Assembly (NCBI GenBank): GCA_964247055.1
Contig: OZ176052.1
Location: 2,914,001 to 2,947,000, forward strand
Source of the DNA: Paragordius varius
Taxonomy: Eukaryota; Animalia; Nematomorpha
Reading direction: 5' to 3'
DNA: 33,000 nt
Position numbers and translations under genes: made by a program
Part shown: piece by piece, positions 14,401 to 25,892 of the stretch
How positions within the stretch are numbered: position 1 is the stretch's first letter
How the letters are laid out: each line of letters opens with the position of its first letter
The notes under the pieces: model-generated
Database searches by the model: none
The model's input: only the letters and a program-made list of their open reading frames with translations
What the model was told of the DNA's origin: nothing

Positions 14401-17400
14401 CACAATCTTTGTACAGCGGACGATCTAGTTTACAACCCTCGAATACCAATATGGAAAACAACGAATCATCTACAAAGTCAATGTCAAATACTCCTCCTTC
14501 AAGTGTGGTTGTCAACATGTTATCAAACAAGAAATGGACTGCCCCTATATCTCGTCTACTATCTCCAACATCAAATTTAAATCTTTCGGCTAATATAACG
14601 GTGAATGATAAAAACGACATGAAACCACTCCATAAATATGCGCTATCTCCGTTTGCCATATCACAAGGACCGAGTGAAGTAACTTTGCTTGAAAATTTTG
14701 CCGGTTCCCTAGTCGATAAAAGTCTTGTTAAAGTTATACGGATCGCAAATGCAACTGTTTCACGTATAAATGAGGTTTCTGTTTTAGATTATATATAAAT
14801 ACCATATTTTCAACAGCATTAGCACAACAATGTGACTTAGAAAATTAAACGCGTAAAAAGTGTTAAAATCCAAACTCTAACCTGATTTTATAAATAATGA
14901 AGGCCACTGTTACGGTCCCATGAACTATCATAAGATCGCATTTAACACGTATTTGAAGAGACCATTTGTTTTATAACAAGATTTGGCTATGTTTGTGTGT
15001 CACCTCTTTACACTCTGACACTTTCTTTATATTATCAATATATTCTGTATCGATTCATGAAATTTTTGATAACTCCATAAATTAATATATTTTTCTCATT
15101 GCTTTTAGCCCATTATCCCACATTTCCCCTATGATGGTTCTTTGACCCTACCTCCCAGCATATATCAAAATTTACAACAAGGTAATGTTTCAATTCCCTT
15201 GTTATCGACTCATGTTACCAACGAATTTGCCGAAGCTTTTTTTAAACTATGTTGTGGTATTGGTATAAATGACTTTAATCAACAATTTGATGGCGGCACT
15301 AATAATGAGCGCTTGGAATCATTGCAAATGTCTAGTAGTTTTGTTTGGTTCATACTACCTCTCATATCCTTTGATCCACAAATCTGTTTAAAAACTTTCA
15401 TCAACCAGATATTACAGATTAATTCCAGTGATGATTATGATGATAATAAAAATTCTCAAATTACGGTTATTTCTAATGTGGAATTAGCTACAAGTAATGT
15501 GGTTAATATATTTGGTGTAAAATAACTGTTATATTGTGCTTAAAAATGGGATTTTTTTGTTATACATATATATATAATTTTTTTTAATTAGATTATATTA
15601 TTATAAATTACGATATATGCTTAAACACAGCTTATCTATGTAGGGATGGAACAATTGGCCAGAAATATACCCATTATTACTGCGTGGTAAGGATTTACAC
15701 TGTAATTTTTGCGATTTTAAAATGATATAAAACATTAGTATTAAGTTGTCCTGCCAGATCATTTATTTTAATAAGATTCATATTCAGGGCATTATTAATG
15801 AAATATTTAATAAATTATTACCTATATTTGAAGTAAAACAATTTTATATATTTTGTTCAAATCTAAATATTTACCTAGGAATAATTAAGCTATTAGTTTT
15901 TCTAAAATGGCAGAACGTAATAAGTAAAAAAATACCGTAATATGCTATGCATTCGCAATTTAATACCTCCATATATATATGTATTCAGATAAATAATTTA
16001 TTTCTTTTTTTAAGTTTAGGGCCATCTGAATACAATATAAGTCCATCAAAGTTACACACGAATAAAGAAGCTATGAAAAAAACATTTCGGGACAATAATT
16101 TGAGCCAAATTCTCGGGATTGATTTGCAAAAGGCTATTAGAGGTTGTTATAATTATTTTTCTTAGTACTGTCAAGTATACCATTTACAATTCAAATTCAT
16201 CCTTTAACAATTCAAATCCTCTCTTGAACAATCAAATTCACCCTAAAAATATATTATGTGTTTTCGGGATAGTATAACTCATCAATGATATGAAATATAT
16301 CTTAATGGCATAATTTATTATTTTTTCAGTATTATTTAATTTTAAATAATCTTTTCTAAAAATATAAAAGAATATAAGTAATTTTTAATCTTAAAAAACA
16401 CTTAATTTATTTTAGGGTGAATTTGAAGTGTTTAAGGGGTGAATTTGAACTGTATGTAAAATATGATTCTAATATTTTTATATTTAAAAGAAACGTTAAT
16501 AGAAGACACCCGGAATATTAGTTTGAAAGATTCCACGACAAAATCAGAAAACATGGCTCTGACCTTTGAAAAATTAACCAAAATTACACCTTTTTTAAAT
16601 CGAAATCATGATACAATTGACGTAAAAATGCCTAAATTTGAACACACTGTAAATGATATGGATTTCAATGAAGATTTTAATATGAGTATTGGTAAATGAA
16701 TAATATTATATATTTTATCACTTATACGATTAATATGAATTATTTTTTAAAACTTAGATAATGTGATTAAAGCTGTTGAATTATCCAAAGAATATGTGGA
16801 TTATCATAAAAACATGTACAGATTGTTAGAAAATGGGGTAACATACTAAATTATTTGCCAAAAATTGTTTATTTCTTTTTTATATATAAAAAATATTTTT
16901 TAGGATCGTACCTTTCTATTCGATCCCATGAATGAAGATAATGCAATGATGGGTATACAATTTAATCATTAAATTTTTATATAGAATTTTTGCTCTTTTT
17001 AAATACCATATTTCAGTCAAACGCAACATTGTTTCAAGCAAACGCAACATTTTTAATCCGTTGCGATAAAAAATGTTGCGTTTGGTTGAAAAGTGTTGCT
17101 TTTGAATTAAAAATGGTATATCATTATAAGAGATTCTTGTTTTATTTTACGCTAAAAATTGACTACAGTCAAACCTATTTTGTCAACCCGCAAAATTTTT
17201 AACTATATCATTAGTCTATTATTTATAAAACGGATCAAATATTAAAAATGGATTCGTGCGGATAAAAATTAAATATTTTTGGCTATATGTGCGTTTGAAC
17301 TCAGGGATGTCCAATATGCCGCCCTCTGATATATATGTGAAGCCCATGAATTTACAAAATTATACTATATTAGTTAAATTGTTATTTTTTAAACAATTTG

Positions 17401-18005
17401 TATAGGTTTAAATACTTATAACGAGCTAGAAAAAATTGTTTGCATTTTATCCATTTGTGTCGAACACCTCTGATTTAAATATCATTCATAAAAATGATAA
17501 AATTTAAGGAATAATTATAATCATAACATTAAATTATACACAGATAATCCAAGAGTATCTACAAATTCAATTGTCCCACAAATCCAAATAAACCCATTAG
17601 CATTAAAACGTATTTGGGATCCCAAGCTTATGAATCGATGGCATAACACTAATCATCCCTTTATTCTCTTATCTTTCATGATAACATTTCTAGTCGAATT
17701 TAATGTAAGGAAATAAAAACGTGCAGTTAATAATATTTTTACCGATAGGAATTGCCGGGGTGTTACCTATGATTGAGAAAGAAAATTATATTTTTATTTT
17801 TGTAAACTGGTTAATTTTAAACAGCCATAATAGATACATGAAAAAATATACCGTATGTGGATTTTTTAAAATGTTTATTAAATATTGTATCATTTTAAAT
17901 TTTTCCTATTTAGCTATAATTATAAACATTTTTTTCAGAATTGTCCAAAAATATGCTTTTGGTTTAAAGTATGTCCTTTTAACGCTTAAGATAAATGTTT
18001 TTTAA

Positions 18006-18051
<46 letters not shown>

Positions 18052-18968
18052 ATATATATATATATTGCATAATTTTACGAATATTTATTATGTAATTTGC
18101 AATGTTATCAATCTTTTCACTCACCTTATTCATTTCTGTCTCATGTAATTTTTTATTTTTATAATTATTTAGCATGATTTACAAACAGCATGCCATATCC
18201 TGATATTGTGCGGATCGGGTTTTTTGCAACATTTAAATCGAATACGTGTTGCCCATTGGTTTGGGATGTATATTGGTTAATTTATTATCATCTTTTAATT
18301 TTGATTTTAGTTTTCCTAAGAAATTTAACATATATTTGGCCTTCTTTTTTCAAAACTCATTAACCAAAATTTGTTTTAAACAGGTCAACTTCGTCAACAA
18401 AAACTTTTTTGTCGCGCAAACAATGTCATAAAATCAGCACCATTAGAAGAAATTAATGCGATTAATCGGACTTCAACATACTATGCCTCTAAGAAGGGCC
18501 GTAGGAAATATATATGTGCTGTATGGTAAGTTTTTTTACAATTTTGTAGTTGTAATATAAAATTTTAAACATGATAAAACAAAAAAGAAGACTATATATA
18601 AATTTTTTAATAAAATAACAATAAAACTTTAATTTTATATAATATTTCTTTGAGGTACAGAAATAAGGAATATATGATTTTTTATTAAAACTTATACTCT
18701 TCTTTGTTTTATTATCATTTTATATTTTACATTAAAGTTTAAATTAAGATTTGGAATTTATTTTGTGAAATCGTGTATACATTATAAAAAATTTGTTTGT
18801 ATTAAAAACTGTAGTATTTTTTTAATTTTTAGTGAACTTCCAGTCAACACCCTATTTATATCATGCTCAGAGTGCTTACATGGTGGTCATTTTGCACATT
18901 ACAAATCTTGGTTTAAAGCAAACCGTTTTTGTCCAACTGGGTGTGGACACGAATGTTTATGCAATTGA
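11474..18968 (+). CDS. WDR24: GATOR2 complex subunit WDR24 (WD40 propeller, helical region, C-terminal RING-like zinc domain), multi-exon
   Basis: The N-terminus MLFKLEAPLNAISVC..AIAGRN resembles WDR24 (HLDAPANAISVC..VVAGR). WD repeats: HTRAVNRLCF..LLSGSQDGSMKCFDIR, SVRDVNF..ENGTIQLWDLR, AHNGPAFSCEW..GRDKFIKVWD. Later motifs: HDLQTACHILI, HWFGMYI, and C-terminal CAVC..LFISCSECLHGGHFAHYKSWF..CPTGCGHEC. Well-supported exons: 11474-11904, 11992-12208, 12667-12916, 13164-13982, 14389-14774, 15109-~15501, 17544-~17704, 18173-18275, 18384-18525, 18833-18968. Several small exons between 15.6 and 17.0 kb are less certain. Confidence 0.93.
16178..16460. mobile_element. MITE family A copy in a WDR24 intron
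   Basis: TA|TACCATTTACAATTCAAATTC... with 21-bp repeats; ends GGGTGAATTTGAACTGTA. Core is similar to 28270-28440. Confidence 0.8.
17004..17118. mobile_element. Short palindromic MITE (TACCAT termini, AAACGCAACAT repeats at 21-bp spacing)
   Basis: TACCATATTTCAGTCAAACGCAACATT...AATGTTGCGTTTGG...AAAATGGTA|TA. A related copy lies at ~4424-4562. Confidence 0.7.
18012..18046. repeat. (TA)n microsatellite in a WDR24 intron
   Basis: About 17 consecutive TA units. Confidence 0.9.
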
Positions 18969-19507
18969 AGAAGCATTCAACAACTGGGGATCTAATTTAA
19001 AAAGCGAATTAATTATAGTTGTTAATATATATTATATCGTTATAAATTAAACCATATAATAGATTGTAATTTGTATAGCTTTTTACAAATGTACATATAG
19101 ATATCTAATAGTGTATTATTTTTTTATTCCGTTTTTATCTGCTAATACTGCTACCCGTTTGTATTAATTGATTGGGGATATACAGCCTAAACATCAGTTA
19201 ATTAATCCGAAATACTAATATCATTACTAAAGCATTAATGCAATTATCGAAATGGATGAGTTAAAAAGAAAAAAATATTTATCTGAAACTATTAAAATCG
19301 AGAAATTCTATTTTTTGCACATTACAATAGAGAAGGGCGTGTCAGCAAATGATACGGGTTACAATTATAACTAACGCAAAAAAATATTTACTATGGTTTC
19401 ATAGTCATAAAAATTATTTAACCTAAGTAATTCAAACCAAAAATAATGCATTTATGCACTAAAAGATTTTTCTTTTATTAACATTTATCACTATATTAAA
19501 AATATCA

Positions 19508-19669
19508 ATTACAGTTGCATTTTAATGGTGGCTTATTCCACACTATAGTTGAGCAATTTGCAACACATTAGTTTATGGAAAAAAAAGAAAGGAAAAAATT
19601 GTTTATTCAACATTTTGTTGTTTTTACCATAAATGTGAAATTAGCAACCATTAAAATGCATACAGTAAT
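19508..19669. repeat. Short inverted-repeat element (probable MITE)
   Basis: ATTACAGTTGCATTTTAATGGTGGCTTATTCCACA pairs imperfectly with TGTGAAATTAGCAACCATTAAAATGCATACAGTAAT. Confidence 0.55.
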
Positions 19670-19767
19670 CGCGTTTAAATAAGATTCTAGCCGTATATAA
19701 ATAATAGGTATAATTTTAATACATCAACTTTTCCTTAAAATTCAATGTGAAAATCTATATGTACACT

Positions 19768-20540
19768 TTGTGCAAAAAAAGAGGGTTACTTTTTTATAAG
19801 ATAGCTTATGACCAGCGAATTCATTTGCCACAAAAATTGTTGACGACCTATCGGGCAAAAAGTCAAATTAAGGAAAGTTGAGATATTATGTATTTGATTA
19901 TTTTAGGAGATATATTTAACATATAAATAGCCTAGAATCATATAGTTAGGGTTTCTATATAATCTCAGTTCAAAAGATAGCGTTTTTCTTTTAATAGACA
20001 AAAAAATTAATGAAACTATATGATATAATTTTTTCAATTATTTATAGCTAAACTCACTATTAATCTTAATATTCATATTTTATTCAGTAAAAAAATTATA
20101 TATCAAAAAACTAATATTGTTTTTTAGCTCTTCATTTTTTGTCTGGTTAATGAGTGTATAAAAATGTATACTGTTTTTTATTTTGGAATCTTTCATGAGT
20201 GGGAATCATAAAGTATATAATTAATGTAAAATGGGATTCAAAAGCAGTGAAATATTAACCAACAAACATTACAAATTCCTGTAACAAATTTGTTTTAAGA
20301 CAAATTAATATATTTACTGGGATAGGAAGGGATATTTGGTTGATTTTCACTATTTGCGAATCCTATTTTGTATTAATTTATTAACTTTATGATACCCACT
20401 TATGTAAAAATTTAAAAAGAAACATAAATTTTTTATACAAACCAGATGACAAAAAATGAAAAAATAAAAACACCATTTTTTATTTTTATATAGTTCTGAA
20501 TAAAATATGAATGTTAAAGTTTTAATGGTGTTTTGTAAAA
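19768..20540. mobile_element. Third, truncated copy of the same foldback family
   Basis: Starts TTGTGCAAAAAAAGAGGGT as at 22270 and contains ATCATATAGTTAGGGTTTCTATA (~19937). It turns at ~20310 into the inverted arm, which is truncated at ~20540. Confidence 0.75.
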
Positions 20541-22936
20541 TTTATCGTTTGTATTGTTAGTAAAATAGAAATTATAATTTATAAGTTGAATAAAAAAATA
20601 TTTTTGCAAAAATTTAAAAAAAAGCTTTAACACTCGCCTTCCTAGGCTGACAAGAGAATAGTGTAATATTTTGTGATTATAATAAATTTATATGCCGACA
20701 TCTTTATTACTAATCTTCATATGACGAATTTTAACATTATTATAGTGTGAAGATAACATTTATAGTTACCTGATTTAAAATTAATATAATAATTTATATT
20801 TAAAAATATTATACGCCATCTTGTTAATAAAATAGTTAAATAAAAATTTTGTTACTTAAAATATTTTTAAATATGCTGATTGTACTCACTACGTTATGTT
20901 TTGTGGTCAACTTTTTAAATTCTTTAATTTCTTGATAAAGTGGCATGGATCTTCATAATGTGAACAATAGAAATTAAACTTCATAAAAGAGAAATTGCAT
21001 AAATAGCAAAATGTGGCAAGTTATCAGACTTTTGGCTGTATTTTTCATTCATTTTAATTTTATCATATATATTTATAGTTTTAGAAACTTACACTAAAAG
21101 GCCAAATAAAGCTTTGATAGATTCATATAAGCATTTTTAGGTTTTTTTTTAATTTTGAAATGTAATCACAAATTTACTAAGATAATTTAAGTCGTGTTAT
21201 GAAAATATATCTTAATTTTGTTGAATGAAGCCTTTATTTTTAAGCTCGTCTAAGAATCGCCGTCTGCGAGCGAATCCGACCTATTTCAGTTGAAAATTTC
21301 AAAGTTTTATATTGACTTTTGATTTCTCAAAAAATAACGGATGTCATGTTGCAATACCACAAGGTAGGTAAGAACATTCGGAACACTTTGCCGTTAAACA
21401 AAAATTAATACAAAATTTAGTGAAACACAAATATTATTAAACTTTCTCCAAGGCCTATGATAATTTCTTAATATTAATATACGCTTCTTGTATAATATAC
21501 TGAATAATTAATTTTTTACTTCGGTCAAAGTTCTAGCCAAAATACTAATGATCAATTGTTTGTCATTTTCGTTTTTGCATATATTTCTCTTATATGGCGT
21601 TTACTCATTTTTTCAGAAAAATGCTAAAAAGATATGAATTATAATAAGAATTAAAACGCATGGTTATATTGCGATTGTACCGTGTGCAATAACGTTGGAA
21701 AATATATATTATATCTAAGTTTATTATTACATAAAATACTAAAAAAAGACTAGGAGATTTTGGCCATACCTTGTCCACCTTATACATAGGGTACTTTAAA
21801 TCGGACTTTTAGCACTATCTAATTAACATTTTTAACTGCTAATTATACTCACTCTTTAAAGGTTCTATTTTTTGGGATACAGCCTTAAATTAAGAAGTGA
21901 ACCCCCTATAAGTCTAATTTTGTCACCAAATAGATGTCATAATTATGAAGATTTAATATTATTGAATAATAATTATCAAATACAAATAAATCAATTTTAT
22001 AATTTTTTAAAATGTTCATGATGTATTTGCCATGCATTTTGCACACAATCAGGTCATTTTAAGTTCTATTTTGGAATCAAAGCTAGGTTTGTTTTGTTTT
22101 TGAATATGTGATATGGATGGCCTTTAAAATATTTTGATTGGTTTAATTTCGCAAAAAGCCATGCGCAAAAAAAAATTTATTTATACTAAATTTTGAAATA
22201 ATAGAAAGATGCTTAAATCGCTTGAATAATTATAAAACATTTTGTAAATGGGTAGTAGGTATATATATATTGTGTGCAAAAAAGAGGGTCATTTTGATGT
22301 AACAAAAAATTTTTTTTCATGTGATAGATTATAACGAGCTAATTCATTTCCCGCATTTTTATTTGTTAACAACCTAGTTTTGAAATATTCAAAGAAAATC
22401 AAAATTGGGCAAACAGTGAAAATTAAGGTTAATTGAGGATAATTGAAAAAATAATGATAAAGTTTGAGATATTATGGTTTATTATCATTTATGGATATAT
22501 TTTCAATATATAAATAGCCTAAAATCATATAGTTAGGGTTTCTATAAAATTTCAAGTCAAAAGATGGCGTTTTTCTTTTATCACACTTTAAAGACAAAAA
22601 AATTTAATGAAACTATATTAAAATAATTTTTTTTAATTATTTATTACCTAAACTCACTATTATAATCTTAACACTCATATTTTATTCATAAAAAACTTAT
22701 ATATCAAAACCAAAAATATTGTTTTTAATTTTTATATTTTTTGTCATCTGGTTTATGAGTGTATAAAAAATTCATACTGTTTTATTTGGAATCTTACATG
22801 AGTTGGTATGGTTTAATATTTAATTTATGCAAAATAGAATTTAAAAGTAGTGATATATCAACCAACAACCCTTACAAATACCTACAAAAATACTAATTTG
22901 TCTTAAAACGAATTGTTATAGGGATTTGTAAGGATT

Positions 22937-23308
22937 AACAGTTGTTAAAATCCGTAATATAACGACAAAGGATAATTAAATATAATTAAATAAAATTATA
23001 AATAAAAATTATAAACGATATGTGAAACCCTTCGTCAATAGTAATCGCAGACTAGTTTCGTGCTTGTTAGCACTCATCAGTACGACACAACTATTTGACT
23101 TGGGGTTTTTTACATATCGATTTCGTACATATATCCAACTTTGCAATTTTGGTATAAATGCAGTTGGTTATACGAATTTAAATTAAATTTTAATGTAATT
23201 TATGAAAATTAAACTGAATTTCTATTTATCCTTTATCGTTATATTACAGATTTTAACAACTGTTAATACAAAACATAATCAATCCGTTAATTACCATTAC
23301 AATATCAT
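22937..23308 (-). mobile_element. Non-autonomous hammerhead-bearing retro-insertion (Penelope-like pLTR / retrozyme-like)
   Basis: Flanked by the direct repeat ATTTGTAAGGATT (22924-22936 and 23309-23321). The equivalent site occurs once in the sister foldback copy (~25086-25100). It has ~40-bp inverted repeats (22934-22976 / 23226-23267), an internal hammerhead and no ORF. Confidence 0.75.
23045..23085 (-). ncRNA. Minimal type I hammerhead ribozyme
   Basis: The minus strand reads UCGUA-CUGAUGA-GUGCU-AACA-AGCAC-GAAA-CUAG-UC-UGCGA. It has stem I UCGUA/UGCGA, an intact CUGAUGA core, a 5-bp stem II, GAAA, a vestigial palindromic stem III (ACUAGU) and a GUC cleavage triplet. Predicted cut is between 23050 and 23049. 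Confidence 0.9.
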
Positions 23309-23777
23309 ATTTGTAAGGATTGTTGCTTGATATTCCACTACTTTAATTCCTATTTTAAAATTATATATTTAATAATCTAATGTAAGATTCCAAAATAAAA
23401 CATATAAATTTTTATACACATAAACCAGATAACAAAAAATGCAAAAATTAAAAACAATATTTTTGGTTTTATATTAATAGATAAGTTTTTTATACTGAAT
23501 AAAATATGAAGTTAAGATTGTAATAGTGAGTTTAGGCAGTAAATAATTAAAAAAACTTATTTTAATGTAGTGTCATTTAAAAAAAATTGGCTTTTAAGTG
23601 TGTTAAAAAACGCCAACTTATGAGGTGAATTATAGAAACCCTAACTATATGATTTTAGGCCATTTATATATTGAAAATATATCCTTAAATGTTAATAAAC
23701 CATAATATCTCAAATTTTATCATTATTTTTTGAATTATCCTTAATTTACCTTGTTCAATTTCGATTTTCTCTCAATA

Positions 23778-24398
23778 TACCATTTGAAGAGTGTCCTTAA
23801 ACATTTCAAGTTGCTCCTTGAACATTTAAATTTTTACCTTGAACACTTCAAGTTGGTCCTTTAACTTTTTTCTTTGGTTTTTATCTTTTTCCATAATATC
23901 GTATATTATTCATTTACTTTATTGTTTTTAACCTATTTTCTATCATATTAGATAAATTTTAAATCATTATCTTTTAATCATTCAGAAACCGGATATCTTA
24001 ATTAACTTCTAAATTTTGGATATTTTAACATGTATTTAAAAAATATATAATTTTTCTGGGATTTTTCATTAAAATTTTAAAAGTTAATTTTTTGTAAATT
24101 AAAAAATAGTTTGAAACAATAAAGTGGTTTTTGAATAATTTTATTTTTAAATAAATAAATATATAATAAATAAAGAATATTAGGTTAAAAATTAACAATA
24201 AAAAAATAAATGCAAAAATTATGATTATATCGAAATTGAAATTTTAAGAACCAACTTGAAGTGTTCAAGGACAAACTTGAGGTGTTTAAAGACCCACTTG
24301 AAGTGTTCAAGGGCCAACTTGAAATGTTCAAGGACCAAGTTGAAATGTTCAAGGACCAACTTGAAGTGTTCAAGGACACTCTTGAAGTGCTAATGGTA
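23778..24398. mobile_element. MITE with TACCATT termini and 21-bp subterminal repeats (CCTTGAACACTTCAAGTTGGT type), nested in a foldback arm
   Basis: Structure TA|TACCATT...AATGGTA|TA. The TA duplication is supported by the empty site in the paralogous arm (~22373-22400). About 4 repeat units lie at the left end and about 6-7 inverted units at the right end. Confidence 0.85.
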
Positions 24399-25892
24399 TA
24401 TTTCAAAAACTAGGTTGTCAACAAATAAAAATTTTTGCGGCAAATGAATACGCTGATCAAAAAATATCTCATGAAATAAAAATTTTTAACAAAATATTTT
24501 TTCTCATGAGATAGCCCATGATCAGCGTTTCATTTGACGCAAAATATTTTATTTCTTCACGACCTATTTTCGAAATATTGAGAGAAATCGAAATTGGGCA
24601 AAAAGAAGGTAATTAAGGATAATTCAAAAAATAATGATAAAATTTGAGATACTATGGTTTATTATCATTTAAGGAGATATTTTCAATATATAAATAGCCT
24701 GAAATCATATAGTTAGGGTTTCTATAAAATTTCAGCTCAAAAGATATCTTTTAATAAACTTAAAAAACAAAATATTTAAAACTATATTAATATATTTTTT
24801 TCGATTCCCGACTAGCTAAACTTACAATTAATCTTAACATTCATATTTTATTCAGAAAAAAAACTTTATATCAAAAAACTAAAAAAATTGTTTTTTATCA
24901 TTCCATTTTTGTCATCTGGTTTATGAGTGTATAAAAAACTTATACAGTTTTATTTTGGAATCTTACATAAGTGGGAATCACAAAGTATATATGCAAAATA
25001 GGATTTAAAAGTAGTGGAATATTAACAAACAATCCTTACAATCCCTGTAACAAGTTTATTTTAACACAAATTAATATTTTTATAGGGATATGTACGGATT
25101 GGTTGATTTTCCACTACTTGTAAATTTTATTTTGTATTAATTTATTTTTTAATTTCTCATGTGAAATTACAAAATAAAACAGTATTTTTTTTAACCAGGT
25201 GACAAAAAAAATGAGAAAAATAAAAAACAATATTTTTAATTTTATTTTGATATATAAGTTTTTTTTACTGATTAAAATATGAATGTTAAGATTTTAATAG
25301 TGAGTTTAACCAGTAAATATTTAAAAAAATTATCTTAATATAGTCTCATAAAAAAATTTTGGGCTTAAGTATGTTAAAAAAACTCCACTTTTAAACTGAT
25401 TTTATAGATCCTAACTATATGATTTTATGCTATTTATAAATTGAAAATTCCTAAAATGATACTAAACCACAATATCTAAACTTTTATCATTATTTTTTGA
25501 ATTACCCCTAACTATCTTTAATTTTTACTTTTTGCCCTTAGATTTTCTCTTATCAAAAACTAGGTCGTAAACAAATTAAAATTGCAGCAAATTAATACGC
25601 TGGTCATAAGCTTTCCCATTAAAAAAAATTATTTTGTTAAAAATTTTTTTGAACACAATATATATTAAATATATATTTATATTGTAAAAAAAAATATCAT
25701 AAAAAACAGAGATCAACATGACGTTAATATTAAATATTACTAATATTGTTAACAAGCATTCCTAAAAAACTAATAGAAATCCATTAATATATAAAAAAAT
25801 AATCTGAAATTCTAATTAAAAGAAATTTGTATAATGTAATTAAAAGTATTTAACAACAATGATTTCATTATTTTTTAAAGCAACTAACAAGA

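Larger units (their letters stand above)
22270..25658. mobile_element. Large foldback (long inverted-repeat) element array: two adjacent palindromic units with ~600-bp arms
   Basis: Arms are forward ~22270-22900, reverse ~23310-24490 (interrupted by a MITE), forward ~24495-25060 and reverse ~25090-25658. Marker ATCATATAGTTAGGGTTTCTATA occurs at ~22524 and ~24704, with its reverse complement at ~23631 and ~25404 (degenerate). Termini TTGTGTGCAAAAAA / TTTTTTGAACACAA lie in TA context. Confidence 0.8.

Noticed and set aside
13489-14659. Antisense and alternate-frame ORFs (13489-13689, 13761-13991, 14336-14659) and similar ones within the GPCR
   Set aside because: Shadows of real coding exons, with no recognisable motifs.
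21250-21800. Possible degenerate transposase or missing SZT2 terminal exon
   Set aside because: Multiple stops and no motif I can identify.
24185-24406. ORF with SSWSLNI repeats
   Set aside because: Translation of the 21-bp repeats of the nested MITE.
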